Source: a virus (taxonomy: Duplodnaviria; Caudoviricetes). From it: 64,000 nt of DNA. The position numbers were made by a program, and so were the translations under genes. The stretch spans positions 598-64,597 of the IMG/VR virus record IMGVR_UViG_3300022591_000005. The stretch is one strand, 5' to 3'. The notes below the pieces were generated by a model. That model was not told where the DNA came from. It saw only the letters and a program-made list of their open reading frames with translations, and searched no databases. Of this stretch, positions 1 to 10,046 are shown piece by piece; position 1 is the first letter of the stretch; every line of letters starts with the position of its first letter.

Positions 1-10
1 GTTTGTCAGC

Positions 11-1741
11 TTGACCAGTGGCGGACATATTACTGTAAATCAAACTACTGGCGCTATGACGCTGGGCAGCGATGCCACTCCTAACTCAACAGTCAGCACT
101 ATTGTTAGTCGAGATTCAAGTGGCAACTTTGCCGCAAACGTAATCACAGCTAACCTAAGTGGCAATGTGACTGGTACAGTAAGCGGCAATGCAGGCACAG
201 TAACTAATGGTGTTTACACCGTTGGTAATCAGAGCATTGACGGAACTAAGACATTCACTTCAACAATACAAGGTAGTATCACTGGTAATGCAGGCACAGT
301 GACTAATGGTGTTGTAACCACAGGCAGTTATAGTGATCCAAGTTGGTTAACTATTAGTAAATCTAAAGTTGGATTGAGTAATGTAGATAACACGGCAGAT
401 GCTAACAAGAACGTATTATACGCTACTACAGCAGGCGGCGCTCCGGCAACCGACGTTTATGCTTGGGCCAAGGCAGCAACTAAACCATCATATACAAAGA
501 GTGAAGTTGGATTAGGTAGTGTAGAAAATACAGCACTATCAACAAGTACATATTACATTGGTACTACACAAAATACCTATAACAGAGCCAGTGCTAGTCA
601 AACACTTACTGGAGTTAGCATTGATGGCAATGCAGGTACAGTAACCAACGGAGTCTACACCACTGGTAGTTATAGTGATCCAAGTTGGTTAACTATTTCT
701 GCAACAAAAGTTGGACTTGGTAATGTAACTAATGAATCCAAAGCCACAATGTTTACCAGTCCTACATTTACAGGCACTGTAGTAGGCGTTACTAAAGCAA
801 TGGTTGGACTTGGTAGTGTAGACAATACAGCTGATGCAAGTAAGAATGTATTGTATGCTACAACAGCAGGCGGTGCTCCAGCAACAGACGTTTATGCTTG
901 GGCCAAGGCCGCCACTAAACCAACATATACTAAGAGTGAAGTTGGACTAAGTGCTGTAGAAAACACAGCATTAAGCACCTGGGCTGGATCAACAAATATT
1001 ACAACTGTTGGAACACTTGGTTCATTATCAGTGACAGCAACTATCACAGGTAGTGTAAGTGGCAATGCTGGTACTGTTACTAATGGAGTTTATACAAGTG
1101 GAAGCTATAGTGATCCAAGTTGGTTAACTATTAGCAAATCTAAAGTTGGATTAAGTGCCGTTGAGAACACAGCATTATCTACTTGGGCTGGAACAAGTAA
1201 TATCACTACAGTCGGCACACTGACTAGTGGAACTATTGGATCGGGCTTTACAGCTATTGCCAACGCAAGATTAGCCAACAGCACAATCAGTGGTGTAGCG
1301 TTAGGCGGTACACTGGGCGCACTAACAGTTGGATACGGACTACAGTTAGAGTCTGGTACAACCTATGATGGTAGTGCCGCACATACTATCAGTAACGTTC
1401 ATGCTGTGACTGGTCCAGTCACAGTTACAGGCAATGCTTACAGTTTGGATCTTGGCACTTGTAATGGTGTTGTTATTCTAAACAACGTTAGTCAAGCTAA
1501 CTATACTGTCACTATCACAGGAACTCCTATAGCAGGTAAGGTAGTAAGATTACTATGTTTAAACTTAAAGACTGGCGCCGGTGCTACAACAGTTACAGTA
1601 AGTGGACTAACAGCCGCTAATAGCAGTAATGGTACAGCTAGCTTCCAGGGTAATGCTAACAACTCTGTTGCTATGGTAGAGTTTGTATGTACAACTGCTG
1701 CCTTAAGCGGTGTGTATATGAACACTGGCGGAGCTAAGTAA
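11..1741 (+). CDS. Tail fiber protein, 5'-truncated, with internal repeats
   Basis: T/G/S/N-rich; repeated GNAGTVTNGV and VGLxxVDNT motifs typical of phage fibers. Confidence 0.75.
   Translation: MTSGGHITVNQTTGAMTLGSDATPNSTVSTIVSRDSSGNFAANVITANLSGNVTGTVSGNAGTVTNGVYTVGNQSIDGTKTFTSTIQGSITGNAGTVTNGVVTTGSYSDPSWLTISKSKVGLSNVDNTADANKNVLYATTAGGAPATDVYAWAKAATKPSYTKSEVGLGSVENTALSTSTYYIGTTQNTYNRASASQTLTGVSIDGNAGTVTNGVYTTGSYSDPSWLTISATKVGLGNVTNESKATMFTSPTFTGTVVGVTKAMVGLGSVDNTADASKNVLYATTAGGAPATDVYAWAKAATKPTYTKSEVGLSAVENTALSTWAGSTNITTVGTLGSLSVTATITGSVSGNAGTVTNGVYTSGSYSDPSWLTISKSKVGLSAVENTALSTWAGTSNITTVGTLTSGTIGSGFTAIANARLANSTISGVALGGTLGALTVGYGLQLESGTTYDGSAAHTISNVHAVTGPVTVTGNAYSLDLGTCNGVVILNNVSQANYTVTITGTPIAGKVVRLLCLNLKTGAGATTVTVSGLTAANSSNGTASFQGNANNSVAMVEFVCTTAALSGVYMNTGGAK
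283..1185 (+). repeat. Intragenic repeat modules in the tail fiber gene
   Basis: Near-identical blocks, e.g. tatagtgatccaagttggttaactatt x3 and KNVLYATTAGGAPATDVYAWAKAATKP x2. Confidence 0.85.
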
Positions 1742-1745
1742 TAGT

Positions 1746-2156
1746 ATGAAAGTAAAAGAACTCCTAACTGAAAGCCTAGATAAAAAATCAACATATAAGA
1801 TTCTGTTGGAGTTTATCCGATTTGCTGCTGAAGATTTAGAACTAGACAAACTACCTAAGTTCAATTTTATGTTTGACACTGCTCGCAGTTTAGAACATAA
1901 GAGCTTTGGTGGCTATGCTCCTGGTGAAAAGCATATAGACATCACAGTTGTTAATCGTCACATCATGGATGTATGTCGCACACTTGCACACGAATTAGTG
2001 CATTACAGTCAAGACTTGAAGAATGAGCTAGATGATCCAGACGCTGGCGCAACTGGCAGTCCACAAGAAAACGAAGCTAATGCTCGTGCCGCAGTTATTA
2101 TGCGTAACTGGGGTAAGAAACATCCTAACTTGTTTGATCAAGAATCAATAGCGTAA
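1746..2156 (+). CDS. Zincin-like metallopeptidase-domain protein
   Basis: RTLAHELVH (HExxH) plus a downstream ENEANA glutamate. Confidence 0.7.
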   Translation: MKVKELLTESLDKKSTYKILLEFIRFAAEDLELDKLPKFNFMFDTARSLEHKSFGGYAPGEKHIDITVVNRHIMDVCRTLAHELVHYSQDLKNELDDPDAGATGSPQENEANARAAVIMRNWGKKHPNLFDQESIA

Positions 2157-2162
2157 AAGAGA

Positions 2163-2183
2163 ACGGACCCCGAAGGGTCCGTC
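2163..2183. terminator. Hairpin between convergent genes (likely bidirectional terminator)
   Basis: acggaccc-cgaa-gggtccgt. Confidence 0.6.
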
Positions 2184-2238
2184 CTAATATATAATAAAGG
2201 TTATACCTGTAATATAAAGCGTTTAGCTAATAATATAA

Positions 2239-2505
2239 TTACTTCTTAGCGCCAGCATTAACAAAGGCATACATCTTTTCAGCAGCTTCAAGAATCTTTT
2301 CAACTCCTGGAAACTCTGGCATAGCAACAGTAGTTACTACTTGATTAGTCTTTTCGTCACGCTGTGCGCTAAATTGCCAACCGGCAAACTTTGCGTTAAA
2401 CTCATTCTGTACTTGATCCTTTGCTAGTGCTAAGATGTCTGCACGAATTTCGTAACCGTTCTTATTAAATTTAACTTCTGGTAGTTTTGGTGTAAAATCT
2501 GACAT
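2239..2505 (-). CDS. Hypothetical phage protein
   Basis: ORF with AGGAG SD. Confidence 0.7.
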   Translation of the reverse strand: MSDFTPKLPEVKFNKNGYEIRADILALAKDQVQNEFNAKFAGWQFSAQRDEKTNQVVTTVAMPEFPGVEKILEAAEKMYAFVNAGAKK

Positions 2506-2531
2506 GTTATATTCTCCTGTGTGTATGTCTA

Positions 2532-2738
2532 TTATTTGCCGTAAACAGCGTTTGATGCATTTTTAACAAATGCTTCTGCGATTGCTAAAGTAGTCTTAAC
2601 TTGGCCTTTTGCAAATTCTGTTTGTGCATCAACTAACTTAGTTAGTTCTTTCTTAAATGACTCGTTAGTAATGAATGTAGTAACGAAAGTCTTTTTAGCG
2701 CCTTGAACGCTATCAATAATAAAGTCTGGTGTAAACAT
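2532..2738 (-). CDS. Small helical protein (possibly phasin-like)
   Basis: AGGAG SD; amphipathic helical composition; family call tentative. Confidence 0.55.
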   Translation of the reverse strand: MFTPDFIIDSVQGAKKTFVTTFITNESFKKELTKLVDAQTEFAKGQVKTTLAIAEAFVKNASNAVYGK

Positions 2739-2811
2739 AATATTCTCCTTGTGTGTATGTTTGTGTAATCAAGTACTTCAATTTCCCTGATGTGCTATTA
2801 TATATCTCTTT

Positions 2812-3366
2812 TTATTTAAAAGCAACGAATTTAGGCATTCTTTTTCCTAAATAATCCATCACTGCTAAATTGCTGTCAGTAGCTTCTGCTACGTAGGTAG
2901 TAATGTTGGGACTATCTAGTTCAATATCTGCTAGGGTTTCCCCATGCTCACTATGAATGTGAATACCGTGCTTTAGGCATAGATGCTTAATAGCCGCATT
3001 AGTGCTCAGACATACCATGCAACCTTTAAGTTTGCCATGTATTCGGCACCATTGGATAACACGTTTCATAAGCCTGGTGCCCATGCCCTGTCCTTGATAG
3101 CCTTTGAGTACGCTAAATGCTAACTCAAGTTCTTCTTGATCCGAAATGTGCCCAATTGCAATAAGATCTAAGTCATCGTTTTCGATGGCAAACAAAATAT
3201 TTTTTTCAGGCTCTGCTTCAAATTTGTCGCATAGATTGTCTATCATTTCATCTTTGATTTGATAGCCAAAACGTAGATACTTGCTAGCATCATCTAATGC
3301 TTTCAAGTGTTTACGGTACTTTGGGTATTCGTGCGGTAATACCCTGCGAACTGTACTGTATGGCAT
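2812..3366 (-). CDS. GNAT-family acetyltransferase
   Basis: LAFSVLKGYQGQGMGTRL acetyl-CoA motif A. Confidence 0.85.
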   Translation of the reverse strand: MPYSTVRRVLPHEYPKYRKHLKALDDASKYLRFGYQIKDEMIDNLCDKFEAEPEKNILFAIENDDLDLIAIGHISDQEELELAFSVLKGYQGQGMGTRLMKRVIQWCRIHGKLKGCMVCLSTNAAIKHLCLKHGIHIHSEHGETLADIELDSPNITTYVAEATDSNLAVMDYLGKRMPKFVAFK

Positions 3367-3546
3367 ATTACTGTGCTATAAACAAATAGATGACCATAGC
3401 TATTATTAGCCATAGTGCAACTTTTTCGCCCATATGTGCTGGGCGTCCCTCTTTAACTCCAGAGGCTGTGTTTTTTAAGGTACTCATATCTAGCTTCTCC
3501 ATATTCTACAAAAAAATCGTAAATTGCTTCTAATACTCGTTTCATG

Positions 3547-3735
3547 TTAAAATCCTCTTGCCCAGACATATGTGTCTGAATTGCGAGCATGAAATTCACG
3601 AGTTAAGCGATCGACGTCGCCTTCACTTTGTGGATTGTTGCTGATGATATAATACTCTAATTGTGACCCGTAAGTTTGTGGCTTACTAAATGATTCTGAT
3701 AGGCTTTTGGCCCAAGTTTTGATTAACTGTAACAT
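3547..3735 (-). CDS. Hypothetical protein
   Basis: GAGG SD; TAAATA late promoter on the minus strand near 3787. Confidence 0.6.
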   Translation of the reverse strand: MLQLIKTWAKSLSESFSKPQTYGSQLEYYIISNNPQSEGDVDRLTREFHARNSDTYVWARGF

Positions 3736-3887
3736 TTTGTTTTCCTCTGTGTATAAAATGTGTAGTACTCATGGTTTCTACTGAGTATTTATGTCATTAT
3801 ATGCGGCACTGCATGATTTGTCAATGGCTTGATTTTGCCAAATAGTTCTGTTACAATACAACTAAATACATTACGGAAATATTAAAC

Positions 3888-4148
3888 ATGCGTAAAAGTA
3901 CAAGATCAATTCTTCAAGAACTTAGTGATATTGGACTAAGCCGCGACACTGACCTAGTCATCGAGAATCGTGGCGCTAACCTAATTCAAAGTGCTATCAA
4001 CCTAATCAATTTGATTAGAGAAAACTATGACGTTGAAACAGCAGCAGAGTTAGAGCGCCGTTTTATTAACTCAATCAAGGGTTCTGATCCCACTAAATTT
4101 AAACGTGGTATAAAACGAATCCAGGAAAGTAAAGACAAGAATGTCTAA
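3888..4148 (+). CDS. Hypothetical phage protein
   Basis: ORF after the TAAATA promoter at about 3863. Confidence 0.7.
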   Translation: MRKSTRSILQELSDIGLSRDTDLVIENRGANLIQSAINLINLIRENYDVETAAELERRFINSIKGSDPTKFKRGIKRIQESKDKNV

Positions 4149-4824
4149 AAACACAATATTTCCAGACACTACATCATTTAACAAATCCACCGCAATTGAA
4201 CTTAAAAATATAGTAGATAGCCATCTGCTAAGTTTAGGCATCGATACTGTTAAAGTCGGTAGTAACAAAGAGATCCTTAACGACTTAGATTTGCAAGTAG
4301 AACTGCAAACAGTATCTACGGCACTTAAAGTAAGTGGTGAAAAGGAAACACGCATCGCTCTGCAAGAATACTTTACGGCGTTAGGATATCAAACTAAGCG
4401 CAACGGTATTAACGTGTTTGTACGTGTACCGCTTGCTAGTTCAGCACATCAAGTTGACTTAGAAGTTATTCACAACGTTACCGAAGTTAGCCATTATCAC
4501 ATGCACAACATTCCAGCAGGTAGTCCTTGGAAAGGAGTTAGCAAAATGATCTTAATTGGTACGTTGGCTAAGGATATGGGCTTTATGTTTTCAGCATGGG
4601 AGGGCTTATACATCCGCACTGCTGACAATAAAAAAGGCGCACTATATGCTATTAACTGGGACGATATTGCAGCTATCTTACTAGGTCCTAACGCTAGCGG
4701 CAAAGACCTAGAGTGTGTAGAAGCCGTACTAGCGGCGTTGCCTGAAGAACAAGGGCAAGAACTACTAGATCGCTGTCGTAAAGACAAGGTTTGGTATGAA
4801 GATATCTCTCAAATTTTGGCCTAA
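4141..4824 (+). CDS. Pol-beta-like nucleotidyltransferase-fold protein
   Basis: VGS..(N)DLDL motif and distal QVD. Confidence 0.5.
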   Translation: MSKNTIFPDTTSFNKSTAIELKNIVDSHLLSLGIDTVKVGSNKEILNDLDLQVELQTVSTALKVSGEKETRIALQEYFTALGYQTKRNGINVFVRVPLASSAHQVDLEVIHNVTEVSHYHMHNIPAGSPWKGVSKMILIGTLAKDMGFMFSAWEGLYIRTADNKKGALYAINWDDIAAILLGPNASGKDLECVEAVLAALPEEQGQELLDRCRKDKVWYEDISQILA

Positions 4825-4912
4825 TCTAGCCCATTTTTTGTCTCCGTACTAAATACATATACAAAGCTCACAGAGTAGTGAGCGTTGATAAGCATATTCA
4901 GAGGAGATTATT

Positions 4913-5350
4913 ATGCCATCACTATTAGGATCAACAGTAGCTCAAAACTACGGTCGCATGACAGCCCAACAAACTTACGGCGTTGGACAAATTTTTTCAC
5001 AATTCGGTACACGTCAGTATCGCTTCTTGAAAGTTGTAGCTACACAAGCTAACGGTTCTACACCAGTTGACTTTACAGATGCTAGCCACACAGCTTTAAG
5101 CAAGTTTGCAGTTGCAGTTCGTGCAATTCAAACAGTTGCTGAAGTTAACATGGTGTTTACACCTGGTACAGCTGGTTTCATTATCATTGTATCCGATGAC
5201 ACAGCTAACGACAGCAATGCTGACACAAACGTTCCTGGCGGATACGGCGATGCAGAAGCAGCAGTTCTTGCAGCTTTAGCATACGGTGGTTCTGCTACAG
5301 TTACTATCACTACAGTTGATATTGACTCAACAGGTATCGCAATTGCGTAA
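4913..5350 (+). CDS. Putative virion structural protein
   Basis: Late promoter TAAATA at about 4850, GAGGAG SD, A/T/V-rich, followed by a terminator. Confidence 0.55.
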   Translation: MPSLLGSTVAQNYGRMTAQQTYGVGQIFSQFGTRQYRFLKVVATQANGSTPVDFTDASHTALSKFAVAVRAIQTVAEVNMVFTPGTAGFIIIVSDDTANDSNADTNVPGGYGDAEAAVLAALAYGGSATVTITTVDIDSTGIAIA

Positions 5351-5379
5351 TTGTTAAATTTCTCAGGGATGGGAAGACT

Positions 5380-5408
5380 AAGCCTCACTTTTATAGTGGG
5401 GCTTTTTT
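5380..5408 (+). terminator. Rho-independent terminator
   Basis: aagcctcac-ttttata-gtggggcttttt. Confidence 0.7.
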
Positions 5409-5426
5409 ACGACTGTTAAATATGTC

Positions 5427-5831
5427 ATGCGTTATAAACTCTATACTACAGTTGACATTACCAATACTGGACAACATCGAGTAGAATCTGGAGCAGAAGC
5501 TGAACGATGGAAAGAGCAAAACTTTCAAACCGTTTTACAAACAATTGGTATTAGGGCTAATATTTCTAGTTTTAGTAAGCCGGAAATGATCGAAATGGCA
5601 GGCAATCTAGTAGGATTTAATACTGACAAGATTATACACGTTTGGCGTTTTGATTTTGAAACAGAACGAGAATTTTTGTTTGATGTTGATAACGATCCCG
5701 TTGAAGGACTGCGTGAAGATTTTGAAATGGTGCCTTATATAAGTGGATTAGATGAATCAATGGAGCAAAACTACAATGTTTTTGTAACATATGGTGACAC
5801 CAAGAATATTGTTTTTTATCAGAAGCAATAA
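5427..5831 (+). CDS. Hypothetical protein
   Basis: ORF track. Confidence 0.65.
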   Translation: MRYKLYTTVDITNTGQHRVESGAEAERWKEQNFQTVLQTIGIRANISSFSKPEMIEMAGNLVGFNTDKIIHVWRFDFETEREFLFDVDNDPVEGLREDFEMVPYISGLDESMEQNYNVFVTYGDTKNIVFYQKQ

Positions 5832-5868
5832 ATACATTTAAGCTATTTTATTGCGGAGCGCAACTATT

Positions 5869-6111
5869 ATGTCATCACTACCAAAACCAACAGATATCGA
5901 AAAAGAAAGTCTAGAAGCACATGTTGAGCTATGCGCAATGCGCTACGCACAACTGGAATCTCGTTTAGAAATTATTGAAACTAAAGTAAGTGGATTAGCT
6001 TCTAAAATTGAAGACAGCCAAAGTTCTATGGCTAAAGTAATCATTGGTGCAACAGCTACTATCGTAGGCGGTTTACTATCTGTGGTTATTGTTATTATGA
6101 TGAAGTTCTAA
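5869..6111 (+). CDS. Coiled-coil protein with C-terminal TM helix
   Basis: Heptad region then hydrophobic C-terminus; GGAG SD before ATG 5869. Confidence 0.65.
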   Translation: MSSLPKPTDIEKESLEAHVELCAMRYAQLESRLEIIETKVSGLASKIEDSQSSMAKVIIGATATIVGGLLSVVIVIMMKF

Positions 6112-6112
6112 A

Positions 6113-6808
6113 ATGCGTTTGAATGAGCTCTCTACAGTCTACTACCATGATGAGCTCAATCCGCTGTTATGGGAACATGGACAGTTAAAAACTGATATAC
6201 GTTATAAATTACTAGCAATCGCGCATCACTTTGCTAAATTCCTTAATGTACCTAAACTTAATCTAAGAGATATTACTATTAGTGGTAGCAATGCAGCTTA
6301 TGGTTACAGTGAGCAATCGGATATCGATCTACATCTTGTTGTAGATATGCCAGCAGATAAGCCAGAACTAGAAGAGCTTTACAATGCTAAAAAGAATCAA
6401 TTTAACTTTACATACAATATTAAAGTCAAAGATATTGATGTAGAGTTATACGTGCAGGATGTGCAACAACCACATCATTCTGCTGGAATTTACAGTATTC
6501 TAAACGACAAGTGGTTAAGCAAACCCAAGCACCAACCGCCAAACATTGATGACAAAGAAGTTAAGAGCAAGGCTCGTAACTACTCAGCTAAGATCAACGC
6601 AGCCATGCGCTCAAATGAGTTAAATACTGCTAAGGACACTATGGCTGATATACGCAGACTACGCCAAGCAGGACTCGAAAATGGCGGCGAGTACAGTATT
6701 GAAAACTTGGCTTTTAAATTACTACGTGCTCGTGGTAAAATTGACAAGTTTATGAGATTTATTAACAAATTACAGAGTGCTGAATTAAGCCTCGGAGAAA
6801 GACAATGA
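6113..6808 (+). CDS. Nucleotidyltransferase-superfamily protein
   Basis: ISGSNA..YSEQSDIDLH (GS..DxD) and VELYVQD. Confidence 0.7.
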   Translation: MRLNELSTVYYHDELNPLLWEHGQLKTDIRYKLLAIAHHFAKFLNVPKLNLRDITISGSNAAYGYSEQSDIDLHLVVDMPADKPELEELYNAKKNQFNFTYNIKVKDIDVELYVQDVQQPHHSAGIYSILNDKWLSKPKHQPPNIDDKEVKSKARNYSAKINAAMRSNELNTAKDTMADIRRLRQAGLENGGEYSIENLAFKLLRARGKIDKFMRFINKLQSAELSLGERQ

Positions 6809-7269
6809 AGATAAAAGAAATTACAGAAATGCAAATGGCAGGGCAGTACAAGATTGTTAAGACTGGCCCAGAAGGAACTACTCTTCAAAGTCCCGACATG
6901 CACACTATGCTTACATTAGACCCAGAAGCGGCTAAGGGCATTGTAGCAAATCCAGATAATCCAAACGAGTTTACACTAAGTCAGCAGGCTGCAATGGGTG
7001 TTAACCCACAACAAGCACAGCAACCTATGGGCCCTAAACAGGGTGCAACAGTTGAAGTTCCTGCAAATGAAACACAAAACGATGACGACAACGAAGACAG
7101 TGACGCTAAAGAAATCGGTGGCGATCCAACAGATGATTTTATTGATGATGTAACAGATAAAGAGTTTGAAAAAGTCAACAGACCCGGAGTAGGAAATCGC
7201 AGTCCAGTTGCAGAAGAAAGACTTAAAACTGAGTTAGATAAAATGCTAACCATAGCAGGATTAAGATGA
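6805..7269 (+). CDS. Hypothetical acidic protein (putative internal head protein)
   Basis: MKIKEITE N-terminus; acidic. Confidence 0.6.
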   Translation: MKIKEITEMQMAGQYKIVKTGPEGTTLQSPDMHTMLTLDPEAAKGIVANPDNPNEFTLSQQAAMGVNPQQAQQPMGPKQGATVEVPANETQNDDDNEDSDAKEIGGDPTDDFIDDVTDKEFEKVNRPGVGNRSPVAEERLKTELDKMLTIAGLR

Positions 7270-7469
7270 AAATCAACGAGTTAATCCAGAGTTTTGAAAT
7301 CTGGACTACTAACGAGGAAAAGAAGCTGTTAAAAAAGCTTCAAACTCCTATCAAGCTATCTAGTCTTAGAGAAGACGAGCAATTCAAAGTTCAGGCTATG
7401 ATACGCAAAAGTTTGGTAACTAAGATAGGACAGAAGGATCCTAAAGTAGTGGCCAATGAAAAAAAATAA
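7266..7469 (+). CDS. Hypothetical protein
   Basis: Overlapping ATGA start; MKINEL N-terminus. Confidence 0.65.
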   Translation: MKINELIQSFEIWTTNEEKKLLKKLQTPIKLSSLREDEQFKVQAMIRKSLVTKIGQKDPKVVANEKK

Positions 7470-7908
7470 TAAAAACAAAAAGAAACTTCCTATTAAGGAA
7501 TTGGCTGAACAATTTAGCCATGAACTAGATGCTAAGTTACCAGTACATGTCATGCCTAATGGCGATATAGTTTACAAGAACTACCTAGTTCGTAAGCTAG
7601 TTAGCGAAAACTGGGGTGTGTTCAGTTTGCAAAGCAAGGATTTAGTAGATCAGTTCTTCCTCAAAACCTGTGCATTGATGGCTGCAAAAGCGTACAATCA
7701 TTCAAGAGTAGAAAAATACTTTGAAATTAAGAGGCTTGATAACAAATATTGGGCTAATTACTGCGATAGTTTAGTATACAAAAAGAATATTAAAACAGCT
7801 AAGGACTTTGATCGCTATCTTGTGCTTCTAAATAAATTAGAAGAGAGCGAAACAAAGGTTAAATACTACAAAGAAGAAATCTCCAGAACGTTTAAATGGA
7901 GTTTCTGA
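7456..7908 (+). CDS. Hypothetical protein
   Basis: ORF track. Confidence 0.65.
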   Translation: MKKNNKNKKKLPIKELAEQFSHELDAKLPVHVMPNGDIVYKNYLVRKLVSENWGVFSLQSKDLVDQFFLKTCALMAAKAYNHSRVEKYFEIKRLDNKYWANYCDSLVYKKNIKTAKDFDRYLVLLNKLEESETKVKYYKEEISRTFKWSF

Positions 7909-7943
7909 CATAAATACACAATAAGATTTCTAGGATAGAGACC

Positions 7944-8963
7944 ATGCAAATTAACGAATTTAACACGCCAATTACAGCTAAGACACTAAATGAGAGTCTA
8001 GCTAAAAAGTTTGGATACAAAATTAACTTAGAGCAGTTTACAGAAGCTCAGTTAGAAGATGCACGTAATAAATTACGTACACGACTAAGCCAGTATGAGC
8101 TAGGTGAGAGTTTTGATACTGTGCTAGGTAGCCCAGAATATCAAAAGACTCGCATGTTCTTAGATGTTGTTAACCAAGCAATCTTAGAAAGAGAAATGAA
8201 TGAAGGTGCTAAACCTGATTTCTTAGACATGGACAAAGATGGCAACAAAAAAGAATCCATGAAAAAGGCTGTAGCTGACAAGAAGTCAAAAACAAAGAAA
8301 ACTGAAAGTAAGGATAGTTATTTTGCAGCAGTTCGTGAACGTGCAGCAGAAGAATCAATTCCGGAAGCATGGATTGACTCAGCTATTCAACGTATGCGTT
8401 TAGGCGAATCAGATATCCGCGAATTAAAAGCAGAATTAAAATTACGTTATGATCTAAGCGAAGCACAGGCAAGCTGGACATTATGCGAAGGCGAAGAAGA
8501 CAAAGCTGAATATATCCTAGCAACTAAGGACATGGTCGGTACCGTTACTAAGTGGCTAGAAGACTGCGCTGCTATGAAGGCAGAACAATTGTTAGAATTA
8601 ATGGACTCTATAAGAGAGAACCAAGGCAGCGATGTAGCAGCACAGTACGAACAGGCAGTTAAGCCAGCACTAGAGGCTATTTACGCAGCATTAGAATCAC
8701 AGCGTGCTAACCTTTCTAAAGGACTAGCAATTGTGTCAGGTAAAGAAATGGGCGACATGATGGGCGCAGAGCCAGCAGGCGGAGAAATCGGCGGTTTAGA
8801 TTTAGGTGCTGAACCTGAATTACCAGCAGGCGGACCAACAGGCGCAGAAGAACTACCACCAGAACCAGGCGCAGAAGCTGCTCCAGAAGCAGAACGTATG
8901 AAACGTGAAAGCGTTGAATACAGCCGCAGACTAGGCATGCTACTAAGTTCAAAAAAAAAATAA
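7944..8963 (+). CDS. Putative head scaffold/internal protein
   Basis: Late promoter cataaata at about 7909; E/A-rich helical; ends at an A10 slippery run. Confidence 0.6.
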   Translation: MQINEFNTPITAKTLNESLAKKFGYKINLEQFTEAQLEDARNKLRTRLSQYELGESFDTVLGSPEYQKTRMFLDVVNQAILEREMNEGAKPDFLDMDKDGNKKESMKKAVADKKSKTKKTESKDSYFAAVRERAAEESIPEAWIDSAIQRMRLGESDIRELKAELKLRYDLSEAQASWTLCEGEEDKAEYILATKDMVGTVTKWLEDCAAMKAEQLLELMDSIRENQGSDVAAQYEQAVKPALEAIYAALESQRANLSKGLAIVSGKEMGDMMGAEPAGGEIGGLDLGAEPELPAGGPTGAEELPPEPGAEAAPEAERMKRESVEYSRRLGMLLSSKKK

Positions 8964-9301
8964 TTGAAAGCGTAGACCCGTTAGTTGTATTACTAAGAAG
9001 TCTACAAGCAACAGCTAATAATCAGGGCACAGGGGCGCCGATGACTTGGAAGGCATTATCAAATGCTACTCAAGATTCAGGTGCCCCTACTATTGACTAC
9101 GCCGGATTTAATGCTCGTTGGCAGCAAGAAGAAACTCTTCCTCCAGAACAACAAATCCTACATAACTTAGTAGATCGTTTTGACAATCAAGGATTAGTCA
9201 TTAAAACTTCTACTAGCCAACCAAGTGTAGGCGGCGCTGAGCAAGAACAAGCAGCAAGTAAAATTAGCCAAATGGCTCATCACGCTAACGATTTAGCTTG
9301 A
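8960..9301 (+). CDS. -1 frame extension of the upstream gene (or standalone from ATG 9041)
   Basis: Frame is open from the A10 run through ATG 9041 to 9301. Confidence 0.55.
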   Translation: MIESVDPLVVLLRSLQATANNQGTGAPMTWKALSNATQDSGAPTIDYAGFNARWQQEETLPPEQQILHNLVDRFDNQGLVIKTSTSQPSVGGAEQEQAASKISQMAHHANDLA

Positions 9302-9331
9302 CCTATAAGGCTATAACCTATATACTAGAGT

Positions 9332-10018
9332 ATGGCCTTATTAATAGAAAAATATAACTACGTTCCCATTAACAGGGAAAGCGTAGCAGGTAAGCGTTTA
9401 TACGCTACCCCGGATGGTAGTAAAGTTCCTAGTGTTACTACTATACTAGATAAAACTAAACCCGAAGAAAGCCGCATTGCACTAGCAAACTGGCGTAAAG
9501 CTGTAGGCGAACACAAAGCACAGCAAATTACAACAGAAGCGGCTAATCGCGGCACTCGTATGCACAAGTACCTCGAAGACTATGTCAAAGGGGAAACGCT
9601 TAGAGAATCAGTAACAAACCCCTATGCGCAACAGAGCTTAGATATGGCTCGAATTGTAATTGAAAAAGGGTTTCCTAAAATTAATGAAGTATGGGGTGTA
9701 GAAGTTCCTTTATACTTCCCTGGTTTATATGCGGGAACTACTGATTGCTGTGGTGTACACGACGGTGACGAAGCAATTCTAGACTACAAACAAACTAACA
9801 AACCTAAAAAACGTGAGTATATTGATGATTACTTCATTCAGTTAACTGCTTATGCTACTGCACACAACGAAGTGCATGGTACTAACATACGGAAAGGTGT
9901 TATTCTAATGTGTTCAAAGGATTATGAATATCAGGAATTTATCCTGGAACCTAGGGATTTTGACTACTGGCAAAGCCGTTGGTTTGATCGAGTGGAACAA
10001 TACTACCGCGAAAACTGA
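9332..10018 (+). CDS. PD-(D/E)XK exonuclease (Cas4/MGME1-like phage exonuclease)
   Basis: PSVTTIL, RGTRMH, E...YAGTTD...ILDYK, QLTAYA motifs; TTGACC..TATACT promoter. Confidence 0.85.
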   Translation: MALLIEKYNYVPINRESVAGKRLYATPDGSKVPSVTTILDKTKPEESRIALANWRKAVGEHKAQQITTEAANRGTRMHKYLEDYVKGETLRESVTNPYAQQSLDMARIVIEKGFPKINEVWGVEVPLYFPGLYAGTTDCCGVHDGDEAILDYKQTNKPKKREYIDDYFIQLTAYATAHNEVHGTNIRKGVILMCSKDYEYQEFILEPRDFDYWQSRWFDRVEQYYREN

Positions 10019-10046
10019 TAAATATCCCATATAGAGGATATTCATT

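Noticed and set aside
7455-7469. A8 run at the 7266/7456 gene junction as a frameshift site
   Set aside because: The downstream ORF has its own ATG in the +1 frame; ordinary overlap explains it.
9332-10018. Cas4-like nuclease as evidence of CRISPR-Cas
   Set aside because: Stand-alone PD-(D/E)XK exonuclease common in phages; no array or other cas genes.
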